Assembly: GCA_021613535.1 (NCBI GenBank)
Contig: CP075494.1
Span: 12,648,001-12,712,000, forward strand
Direction of reading: 5' to 3'
Source of the DNA: Adineta vaga
Taxonomy: Eukaryota; Animalia; Rotifera
Length of the DNA stretch: 64,000 nt
The notes under the pieces were generated by a model, which did no database searches, had not been told where the DNA came from, and was given only the letters and a program-made list of their open reading frames with translations. Positions 40,741-51,903 of this stretch are shown one piece after another (position 1 is the first letter of the stretch; each line of letters opens with the position of its first letter). Both the position numbers and the translations under genes were made by a program.

Positions 40741-42523
40741 ATGACTACCTCTACAGATCAAACTCTGACAAACGAATCGACACGTCAGCTTGCACTAATT
40801 ATTGGTAATAGTGATTATCATATGGGCGATCACTTACCGAATGCTCTTCATGATGCCAAAGAAATGTTTTCGGTATTAAAAAATATTGGATTTCTCATCT
40901 TTGACAACAAAGAACACATCGATTTAAAACAACACCAATTCCAAAAAACAATCCTCGACTTTCAGTCTTCAATAAACGAGAATGATATACTTGTTTTGTA
41001 CTACTCTGGGCATGGCAGACAATGGAAAGTAAGAGAAAATAAAACGAAAGAAATCGATCTAAATTTATTTTTAGAACAAAAACTATTTAATTCCAATCGA
41101 TAATTCACTTGAGGATAGAAAAGATGATGCAACTACAAGAATAGAACTTCATGGATCTGATTTAGAATTCTATGCAATTGATTTAGAAGCATTGTTAAAA
41201 AATATTAACGAGAATAAACCATTTGCGACATTTGTATTCTTAGAATGTTCAAGATATTATTATTTTCGTGATGAAAAATGGGAACTCAAACCTCTCCCTC
41301 AAGGAATGACCTCAATGCATATACCAATAAATTCATTAATTACATTTTCTTGCTTACCAGATCACATTACCAATATTGAACACAAAGACTCTATCTTTAC
41401 AAAATCTCCTGTAAAACACCTACAAATTCCGAATAGAGACATTCGAACAATTTTGTCTGATGTTACCAAGGAAGTATTGAACGAAACCAATTCAGAACAA
41501 AATCCGTACGTTAGCTCTACTTTGACACACACAAATATATGTTTGTTTCAACAAAAACGTAAAAATAAAATAGTGAAAAGAAATTATATTGAACACATCG
41601 TTTGTATTTTTTCCATTCATTTAGAAATCAAATTCCAACAATGGAAACAACATGCAACTACAGTTGCTGGCGGAAATAGAAGTGGAAGTCAGGCGAATCA
41701 ACTTCGATATCCTCATGGAATCTTTATTGACAAAAACAATTGGATTTATATTGCTGATCTAGGAAATCATCGTATAATAAAATGCAGATGTTACGCAAAA
41801 GAAGGACAAATCATTGCAGGTCGAAATGGACTAAGCAATGAAATCGATGAATTAAGATATCCAACAGATGTGGTTTTTGATGAAAAAACACAATCATTGA
41901 TCATTGCTGACATAGGAAATAAACGAGTCCTGGTCTGTTCCAATTATAAAAACGAACAAATCAGTATTGATGATATCTTGGGTTGGAGTTTAACGGTGGA
42001 CAAAAAAGGATCAATCTATATTTCTGATGTAAAGAAACATGAAGTCATTCGATGGAAGAAAGGTGAAATGCACGCAACAGTTGTAGCTGGTGGTAATGGA
42101 ATAGGTGATCAATTAAATCAACTCAATTATCCAACCTTTATCTTCGTAGATGAACATGAATCTGTTTATATATCAGACTGGAAAAATCATCGTGTAACAA
42201 AATGCGTCAGACAAGCATCAGAAAGCATCGCCGTAGCGGGTGGGAACGGTGAGGGAAGTAACCTGAATCAATTGCGTTATCCTCAAGGATTATTTGTGGA
42301 TCAATATGGTCGAATCTACATTGCTGACTTTGGAAATGATCGAATAATGCGTTGGTGCGAAGGTAAAAATGAAGGTGAAATCGTTGTTGGGGGAAATGGA
42401 AATGGAAATCAATCAAATCAACTCAAGTTTCCTACTGGATTATCATTTGATTCGGAAGGAAATCTTTATGTTGCTGATTCAAGAAATCATCGCATTCAGA
42501 AATTTGAAATTATTCAGGATTAA
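40741..42523 (+). CDS. Caspase-like (peptidase C14, para/metacaspase-type) domain plus NHL repeats; introns 41029-41074 and 41559-41624
   Basis: LALIIGNSDY...LPNALHDAKEM..VLKNIGF, YYSGHG, NYLIPID, FVFLECSR, SIFTK, V..ETNSEQNPY, then six NHL repeats. Confidence 0.9.
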
Positions 42524-42531
42524 GAGTAGCG

Positions 42532-42569
42532 TTTTTTTTTTTTGGGGGGGGGGGGGGAGGGGTTGGTGG
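42532..42569. repeat. T12-G14-AGGGG homopolymer tract in the 3' UTR of the caspase-NHL gene
   Basis: Directly visible. It lies between the stop (42523) and AATAAA (42592). Confidence 0.8.
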
Positions 42570-43398
42570 AAATTCTCTTAAAAGGAACACGAATAAAGCC
42601 AATGAATTGATTTTTGCTAGTCTTTGATTATAACAAAAACAAATGTATTTTTCTTAATTTGACATTCTTACGACGACCTAGAGAACTTCTGAAAGGCAAA
42701 TTCTTTCTTGTCTATGATTTTAATGAAAGCAACATAATTAACTACATAATACTACAACATATTGTATAGATGCGGAAATGAATTACTGTGATTGTGTGAA
42801 TTGTAATTGAACTTTCTAACAGTAGATAACAACGATAATTCAAGAAATGTCAATTCCAGGACTGATAGTGATTTTTGTATGTATTGAGCTATTATCTGCA
42901 TGAAATACATTATATCTGCTCATTTCCGACTTCTCAATATTCAAAATGGATTCTTACGTTTCATATTTTTCAATGGAATAATATAGCCACAAAAGTAAAT
43001 GATCTTTGTCGACGTTGCTATTTACTTATAACTTAATGGAATCAGTAATTTTATACATGTATATTTCACATTTTTTTCTTCTCCTAGAGAAAACAATATT
43101 TATAAAAAGAATTAATTTAATATTGAAAAAATTCAATGGAGTAATTAACTAACACGTTTTCTCTCAGAGAACTCCGTAGAATTCGTATAAGTATATCAAG
43201 ATCTAGAATATCTATCTTATATCTTCAAAGATGAGCTCTCATTTTTCACAATAGTCATTTGATGACATATTAATATGTTTTTTCATTAGTCAGTAAGAAA
43301 TATAGTGTATTCTTAGGATTTAGAGAACATAAAGATGTCTCTATTAAAGTAGCTTTACTACCCTTTCATTCCAGATTATATAGTGTATAGCTCCAGAA

Positions 43399-44535
43399 AT
43401 GTCGAATATAAGTTTTATCAAAGATATCATTGTTGATATATATCGGTATGTTGGAATTTCACTATTAGTTTTTGGCTTAATAGGAAATATTTTCAATCTT
43501 TTAATATTTACACGATCTCAATTGATAAAGAATCCATGTTCAACTTATTTCTTCTGTTCATCCATTGCTAATTTAAATGTTCTCATATTTGGTTTATTCT
43601 CACGGATTCTATCTGATGGTTATGGAATCGATCCTAGTTCATATAATTTAGAATACTGTCGATTTCGTTATTTCATTCTTCATTCATCTATGGTATTAAC
43701 ATCTTGGTTTACTATTCTTGCTGGTATTGATCGTTATTGTGTAAGTTCAAAACATGTTCACCGTCGACAGCTAAGCAATTTGAAATATTCACGCTATCTT
43801 GTCTGTCTCACAGTATTCATTGGTTTAATTGGATATTCTCAAGTGTTAGGAATGTTTATCATTGAACAAATCAAAACTGGTCCATCTTGTTATGCACGAG
43901 CTGGTACTTATCGAATCTTCTATGATTTCTTTTATTTTGCGACATTCAGTTTTACACCACCAATAATGATGATCATAGTTGGATTAGGAACATTTCACAA
44001 TGTTCAACTATCCCGTACACGTATCAATCCTACAGAAACAAATACTCAAAATATGAATCAATTGAAAAAACGTGATCGTCAATTGATTAAAATGTTACTT
44101 GTTCAAGTTATTTTTACAGTTTCTTTAACATTACCATTGGCTATTCAAAAGCTTTATTCAACATTTACTCAAAACTTTGTCAAAGATTCGTACCAAGTGG
44201 CGATAGAAGGTTTAATTACTCATATAGTCCGACTACTTGCATTTACGAATAGTTGTATCAGTTTTTACATGTAAGTAAAGATCATATGGTTATCTATGGT
44301 ATATATTAACATGTTTTTTTCTTTTGAATATAGATTTACTCTGTCCGGAAGTATATATCGAAAAGAATTTATTGGACTTTTAAATAAGGTGACTGGTTAT
44401 ATATTTGGTAAAAAGAATTTAATAGATCAACAATCGCAAGAATGTACTGAATCAATGAAAAATATACAATTAAAAACGATAAATGAGACAATAATACCAA
44501 AGAAAATGGCACACAATGTAAATCGTACAGCATAA
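43399..44535 (+). CDS. Class A orphan GPCR, copy B (paralogue of 34423-35538)
   Basis: Same motifs (KNPCSTYF, CRFRYFILHSSM, AGIDRY, GTYRIFYDFFYFAT, RDRQLIKM) and the same phase-2 intron in TM7. Confidence 0.9.
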
Positions 44536-44707
44536 ATTTATACGATCTAACAACAATAGAATAGTAAAAAGTGTTCTTTTCAGCACTTTATTAAAGATTC
44601 TAATTATAATTTGTGGATATAAAAATTGCTCGCAGATAGAATAGAAACATTAATATCTAAAGCTTGTTTAACTTTATCAATAAAAAAAGAAGGGTTTTAA
44701 ATAGATC

Positions 44708-45580
44708 TCATTGTTTTTGTCCAATGATTAAATTATTATTATCCCACGTTCTTTGCAGTTTTACGTTCAAATTTAAGCACATAAATATATAATAGAGAAG
44801 CTCTGCATCATAGACATGTTGATGTAAACCACGATTTTCAAAATTTTTCATCGATCGTGCTTTGAATGATTCAATATTTCCAGCAGCTTGATCAGATCCT
44901 AAATCATGTGAACGAAGTATTTCTTCCAAATGTGATAAATCTGCTTCGGTTGTTTTTTTACGATAATCATCAAATAAATGTTCTAGTCGAACAACTTCAC
45001 GTTTATGATCAAATGTAACTGTTTTCAATGGTAATATAATTATTAATAAACCATTTGGTTTCAAAATTCTTATCCATTCAAGTAAGGCTTTGAACGGATT
45101 AGCAATATGTTCTAGGACGTGAGAAGCTAAAACAAAATCATAGAATTGATTAGGAATGCCTTTTAAATCCACAGCATCTCGTACATATTGTTTGCCTTTC
45201 GTTTGATTTTTCCAGATAAAAGGTGAATTATCTTTTAGATTTGATTCCCAAAGAGTATTCGCAGCAAAATTTGTCACATCTATTCTTGATGCAGCTTCAT
45301 ATACTCCCAAACGACCCCATGTATAATGTGAAGGACCACCTAATTCGAAACCAGTTTTATTCTGAACCCAATAATCAATCACAACAGGACCAGCTGTATG
45401 AATCATTGACGGATGAAAAAGAGTTTCACGCAAAGCTCGATTATTATAGGATTCTAAACAAGTCTTCGATGATGAAGAGGGACAATAGGCTGGTGTGATA
45501 TATGGTCTTCGATATATATGAATGCCAAGAATTATGATAACGAATATTAATAGAACAATCAACGACTTTGCAGATAACAT
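44708..45580 (-). CDS. Intronless SAM-dependent methyltransferase with N-terminal membrane anchor, copy 2
   Basis: ATG at 45580, MLSAKSLIVLLIFVIIILGIHIYRR; GFELGGPS; YDFVLASHVLEHIANPFKALLEWIRILKPNG; NRGLHQHVYD. Clear paralogue of 20233-21135. Confidence 0.9.
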   Translation of the reverse strand: MLSAKSLIVLLIFVIIILGIHIYRRPYITPAYCPSSSSKTCLESYNNRALRETLFHPSMIHTAGPVVIDYWVQNKTGFELGGPSHYTWGRLGVYEAASRIDVTNFAANTLWESNLKDNSPFIWKNQTKGKQYVRDAVDLKGIPNQFYDFVLASHVLEHIANPFKALLEWIRILKPNGLLIIILPLKTVTFDHKREVVRLEHLFDDYRKKTTEADLSHLEEILRSHDLGSDQAAGNIESFKARSMKNFENRGLHQHVYDAELLYYIFMCLNLNVKLQRTWDNNNLIIGQKQ

Positions 45581-46484
45581 TCTAAGCAGAAAAACTTTTA
45601 AGAAGAATATATTAAAGCAAGAAAACAAACATGCAGTAATACAAATAAATTCTCGTTCTATTCTTTGAAGTTAAATGCAACTTCATCATCTTTACTCTGT
45701 TTCATTGATGAGTGTGTATATCGTCATTTCTTTTTCAATCTCCTTTATTGCTACGTTAGAATTTCATGAACCAGATATGAAAGAATGAAAAGAAAAAAGA
45801 AGAAAATTTTTCTTTGTACATTAGTTTCATTGGTTTAGAAATCAAGTATAAAAAGCCTTGTAAAGGAAAAACTTATAGACTAGACACCTACATCACTGTC
45901 AAAGTATTAGATAAAGCGAGGCGATTTTGTGTCATTAATACTAATACTTCTATATATCGTGATTTTTTACCGTTGTTTTACACAGAGTAAAATTCACACC
46001 TTTCTCTGTGAAAAATTGAGGGTCTTTATAGTGAGAAATAATACTGATGGCACTCGTCTGACTTTTTCATAGAATAAGTCTTACTTATACTGAAAAAAAA
46101 ACACATTAGAAAAACAGTACTTCATCACACTATTAAAAAATTCTTTTGTTTTCTTTCAACATTATAGAAGGAAGTTTATATAAATCATGAGATGAGGAGA
46201 AAAAGTGTTTCTTCGTTACCACAATTTTCTCGAATATTTCCAACGCATCTGGTTTATTATTTTGTTCACATTCAATACGTGGGGCTGCAAAACTGAATAT
46301 TATTAACACCATGTGAGAACAATTTTTAAAGACCATTGCCTCTTTGTTGAGTTTTCCTACAGAGGATTTTCCAAAAATGAGAAAAAATGAGTACAGCTCT
46401 TCATCCATTATACGTGAAACTATTCAACAAAAACTGCTCTTGCTGAGTTTTTTTGTACAGCAACAGCTATACTTTCCACTCCTT

Positions 46485-47150
46485 ATTTCACGTTGTTATG
46501 CTTCAAAGTATCTGCCATATATTGTCCTCCTTTATTACCGCAATAGTGACTTGCAAAATCAAATATTGTCAGCATCTGATACAATGGTAAACACGTTTTA
46601 TAATGGAGTTGATGGACAAACAAATCGTCTTACGGTGTTCTTTTGGAGCGAATCTGCAATATGTCGTACATCCTCGATTTGAATATTGTTCGTGTCAAGA
46701 AAGAATCTTGTCTCGAAGAACATTCCATGACAGAACTAGAGTTGTTAATGCTCACATCAAATTAAAGAGATTTATTTATTAGAAACTTTGAATAACAAAG
46801 TAGCCGTACTGTGTATTCTGTTTAAATGCATTAGCTAAGTATTCGACACTTTCAGCTTCAATATCATTGTATTTGAGAATTAATTTAGTCAAAGACTGAT
46901 ATGAACGATAAAAATATAGATGATACAAATAATTTTCATGCATCGCCGAGAAATTATGCTCCTGTATCACCGAACTTATTATATCCAATATTGAACATTG
47001 TAAGTGTCTAAATTCGGTAAGAGAATCTCAGATAGATCAACTATTAAAAACATTAATCCGACTGTATTGTTCAATCGTGCATCTGTCAGAGGTCGTATAT
47101 CTTCTTCTGTAATTCTGTTATCTGCGAGATTTAATATAGTTATACTCTTT
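46485..47150 (-). pseudogene. Degenerate ribonuclease-inhibitor-type (NLRC3-like) LRR gene remnant, about one 28-aa repeat per exon
   Basis: Fragments SITILNLADNRITEEDIRPLTDARLNNT, TLTMFNIGYNKFGDTGA*FLGDA*, SLTKLILKYNDIEAESVEYLANAFKQNT, LDTNNIQIEDVRHIADSLQKNT|gtaag, CGNKGGQYMADTLKHNN|gt. In-frame stops present. Confidence 0.75.
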
Positions 47151-47699
47151 AGGATGGTTCTTTTTTTGAAATTTGATTATCACGTATATAAATCTACAAA
47201 GTCTTATTTTCTCTTAGAACTGTACATTCAGAATTTATCGTCTATTGTGTTCTTAGATATATTGTTCATGATGGTGCAATAACTTATGTTTGACATTTAT
47301 AAATAAAATCATAGAAAATCCATAGCGATAACTACAGTTTTTCTACATATCAATCAGACTTTGAATAATTCGATTCTTTCAAGTATTCATTAGCAATTCT
47401 TCGGTAATATATGCATGCATGCATACATGTTCATAGTTCATTTATTTCAAATAACAATAATAACAAGAGTAATACTTTTCACAAGAAAAATAAACAGTAG
47501 CAAAAAAAAGAATAGTAGTGAAATTCTCATAGGATGAATGTTCATTAGGTACTGTGGACAAAACAGAGAACAAAAAAAGTAGAAATATGTCATTTTTTAG
47601 ATTTCTTTATGTGAATGTTTTCGAGTTGAATTCTCTTTTGAAGATCTTGAAAAAAAATAAATTTTCAATTAGTATTCGATTGATGGAAACAATGCAAGC

Positions 47700-48921
47700 T
47701 TACTTTTTCGAATTAGATCGGTCTTGTTCACTTTCGGAAGATGAAGCAATTGTCTTTGAACCTGAGCGTGATCTAAAATAATAAGGAAAAGGAATTTAAT
47801 GAACCTATTTAAATATTTTTTATGGTTAATAACGTATGAATAATACCTTTTTCTCGATCGATATGTGGATGATTTGAAAACTGGAGGAGGTGTTCGTGGT
47901 CCACGTTGTATATGAGGTGATGGTGATGATGATTGTCGTTTACGTTTGTGCTCACGACTAGAAGCAACTTCATGCGGCGAAGGAGTTCTAAAAAACAAAA
48001 TATATCTTAATTGTCAGAATCTTTTATGGAAGATTTGATTGAAAATATATTATGAGTGAAGACAAACCTTCATATCATTCCTTGTTAAACTGTGCGTTTT
48101 GAAAAAGAAAAGATATTCAAATTATGATACGAGCAGTTGCAAAAGGGTCGAAACGATAAATGTGCATGACGAGAAGGGAGGAAAAGATGCATAACAAACG
48201 AACAAATCGATGCAGATTTGATCTTTTTCGTACCTGCGTCGATTTCGACTTCGACTTCGTCGATAATGTTGGACTTCAGAGGGATTACCTCGCTGTCGAT
48301 AAACACAAGACGATTGAAAAGCAGATGGTGGAAGTCGTTGTACTACATATGGATCACCGTACATACTTGACTGATGTTGATGATGTAAATTTCGAGAACG
48401 TGATAGTAGAGAAGACTTGTATTTCAATGATGGTGGTGTTATCGATCGACCACGTGGTGTTATTGGAGGATTTTCCATTAGATTTGGTATATTATGTTGA
48501 GGATAGCTTTGATGAAATACTTGCATTCGTGGCAATCGATTTGCTGTTACCTATAGAAGAATATTCCGAAAATGAATGATGAAGAAAAAAAGAACAATTT
48601 TGAAGTTAATAAAACCTGTAAATGATTATATAAAACTGTTCTTGGTGAAAGTTCACGAGATAATACACGTTGATCATGTCGAGATGATTTCGCGTATTCT
48701 ACACGAAGTTTTGAACCATTGACTATTCTATTATTCGTTTGTTTTAAAGCACGTTGTGCATCATTCAATGATGTAAATTCAACAAAAGCAAAATGTTTTC
48801 TTTCATCAAGATATATTTGAGAAATTTCACCATATTTACTAAAGAGACGAGACAAATCTGAACGACGATTGTCACCTAAATCACCAACATATAATTTTAA
48901 TGATTCATCAGAGGAATACAT
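47700..48921 (-). CDS. RRM-containing SR-like splicing factor (SRSF3/7-like), 4 exons
   Basis: RNP2 LYVGDL, RNP1 KHFAFVEF, DAQRAL...NGSKLRVE, followed by RS/SP-rich exons (RRSRSRNRR, RSRKRSRSGS). Confidence 0.82.
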
Positions 48922-49201
48922 TTATTTTTTGGAATTAGCAATTATTTGATATATATATATATATGTACATGTAAATGTACAGTAGAAAAAAAATAACAAA
49001 CAAATGATTGACGATAGTAGCGCTGAATGAATAGAAGAGAAGAAATACGAAGGAGGTCGAGAGCTATTCGAGATTTTTGACCAATGAAAATCAAGACATA
49101 AGAATACCAATGAAGTTGGATTTTGTTTATCATTTAATGTTTTTTTATTTGATGGAGAAGATCTTTTCAATTTCATTTTTCTAGATTTTCATATTACCAT
49201 C
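48922..49201. promoter_or_regulatory. Probable bidirectional promoter between the SR-protein gene (-) and RPL30 (+)
   Basis: Divergent start codons with 280 bp between them. Confidence 0.5.
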
Positions 49202-49676
49202 ATGCCACAACCAAAAAAAGTCGCTGGAGTATGTCGAAAAACTTGATTAAATCTCGATAAAATATGTTTTTATTATCCATGTAGAAAAAACAAGCGGAGA
49301 CAATTAATCAACGTCTTCAACTTGTTATGAAATCCGGAAAATATGTTCTTGGCTATCGTCAAACATTAAAGGCACTCCGTAATGGACAAGCAAAATTAAT
49401 TCTTGTCTCAGCTAATACACCGCAAATCCGGTTTGTACTCCATTCGATTCTATTCTCGTCATTTCTTATTTCTTTTTTCATAGAAAAAGTGAAATCGAAT
49501 ATTATGCTATGTTAGCTAAAACTGGTGTACATCATTATGGAGGAAATAATATTGAATTAGGTACAGCCTGTGGCAAATATTTCCGCGTTGGTATTCTTGC
49601 TATAACTGACCCAGGTGATTCAGATATTATTCGAACAGTACCAGGCGAACAATCGACTACTATTGCAACATCATAA
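49202..49676 (+). CDS. RPL30: 60S ribosomal protein L30 (eL30), 3 exons
   Basis: [26 protein letters not shown]...[50 protein letters not shown]. Confidence 0.97.
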
Positions 49677-51227
49677 GCATGACTGTGGTGTGGTTGTTTT
49701 TTTTTGTCGATCGGTTGTTTTTGTTAACAAGAATTACGTAAAAAGATCAATAAGAAAACATCATCAATAAAGAAAATAAAAACTTTAAAAAAAGATATTC
49801 ATCAATTTTGTGAGAAGTTATTCATGCTAGGTCACAATTACTTTCTCACTCCCACTCTATTCTCATAGTACACATCATCATCAATATAGTATCAAATTTC
49901 ACAATTAACTGGTGAAAAGAAATGTCTACTCCATAAAATTAAGTATATAGTAATGATACAATTTAATCAAAAAATATTTTAGAAAAAAAATAAGAAATAT
50001 AAATTGTGTGTCAACAAAACAGAAAGTTTATGATCATTTTTAGAAAATTTCCCTAAAGTATATTTTCATACTCGAGAGATTTTTATGATTATGCTTATAT
50101 TATTTCGAGTATTTAGTACTATTGGTTATATCTAAGATCATTCTAGCAAAAGTATCATACGATTTCGACAGAATCTTCTCTGATCTTACAACAACTTTGA
50201 TAAGACATACGACGACACGTGATTCTCAACAAAAACAATTATAAGTAATAGAAGAGAAAACAAATAGATTTCGGCCTTTGGCATTTGTAACTGTGACATT
50301 GGTTCTATTATCCTTTATTTTTCTTATTCTTCTGTCTATTTAATCCCCAATGTTTGTTATATACAAACATTGTACATGTTTTTTATCTTGTATAATGTAC
50401 TTTTTGGCACGTACATCATTTATTTATGCATATATAAGCTTACTCTTCAGAAGTATGATCTACGTAGTTTCATTCCTATTTTCACCAAGGCTACGTTACC
50501 GATTCTAGCTCAACGTTATAAATTTACAATTGAATTGAACAATAAATTTTAATGAATCAATCTCCTTGAGTGTACTACAATATGGTAAGTAATGAAACCT
50601 TGTATTTCAGTTGACATTAACTTAATAAATCATTACGTTGAGTTACAAAATTTCTTTTCTCTATACAAACATAAACTGCTTGTCTATGTGGAATACATGT
50701 GATTCTCGCAGACAAAGAAAGAGAATTCAATTGGTTTGTATGCATACCTTTCTTTAGCGACTCCATCATATGTATTCATGATTGAGGACGAATTAAGCTT
50801 ACATGTCACATGCTATTGTTATATATTGTCTTTTTTCTTTCACAAACGAAATGTATATCAGTAAGATTCAATGTTCTTTTCTTTAATGAAAAGAAAATGA
50901 AGAACAACATTTGTTCTTCATGCTTTGAAATTCAAATATTTAAAGTGCAATACATTCGTCCAAATAGATCATTTCAAATTCATATATCTTCTTAGATAAG
51001 AATATTTTTTTCTTCTTCGATACAATACCTGTAATTTACTTGTCAACATATCTGTACACATTCGTTTTGTTCGTCGTTCTTACTACTAGAAATAGTGTGA
51101 CTACGACGAGAAAAAAAAATGATGATATACGTTGATGTTTACAGGCTATTTCTCATCATTCCAGCATATTTTCTCTCGTTCTTTTCGCATCATGACTTCG
51201 TGAAGGAGAACATCATCGTCTTTAAAT

Positions 51228-51903
51228 ATGATTTTATTCAAATCAAAAAAACAATATCAATATAAACCATTTGAACGTCAATCCTTACTTGTCCGTTTTA
51301 AATCGTAAGAATTCTTTTTATTTCTTCTCCCAATATCATATGTTTACTCTTCTTTATAGAAAATATCGTTTGAAATCTGGTTATTTTCCTGGAGAAAAAA
51401 GTGAATATAAACGTCATCGTCGATCTCTTTTTTCTAATCTTCATCGAACATATCGTTCATTATGTTTAAGCGTAACATTAATTGTTCGTTTGTTTATTAC
51501 TATCGATCGTATACTACGACGAATTATAAAATTAATTGAAACAATAATTCGAATTATTGAAACTGTACATGGATGGATTCAAATGATTAGATCAATATTT
51601 TCTGCTCTTCATCTGATAATTACCTGTTTAATGATTTTAATATCGAAAATTTATCAAATCTTCTATTTACTATCGATTTTACTCGAACCATTTACTAATC
51701 GAACATTTGAAAGAATTTTTCGTTCTTTTTCATATTTTTTCTATAAATATTATTCATCAAATGGAGCTTGTTATACATTAAAAGCTCGTACCTATCATCT
51801 TATTAATCGAATAAGAATGAAATGGAAAAAAAGTTCACGGATTATTACTGATAATGTTGATGATGATATTTATTATGATGCACTTAATGAAGATTATCAC
51901 TAA
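51228..51903 (+). CDS. Uncharacterised basic, hydrophobic protein with C-terminal FFAT-like motif; intron 51305-51359
   Basis: ATG at 51228, MILFKSKKQYQYKPFERQSLLVRFKS, splices (gtaaga...tatag) in frame into the long ORF, which ends DNVDDDIYYDALNEDYH*. Confidence 0.65.

Noticed and set aside
41559-41624. Apparent linker RKNKIVKRNYIEHIVCIFSIHL in the 443-aa ORF
   Set aside because: It is a stop-free 66-nt GT-AG intron at the shared NHL acceptor, not coding sequence, though retention is possible.
36814-42523. Recurrent GGNG.G...NQL..P units resembling a repeat array
   Set aside because: These are protein-coding NHL repeats, degenerate at the DNA level.
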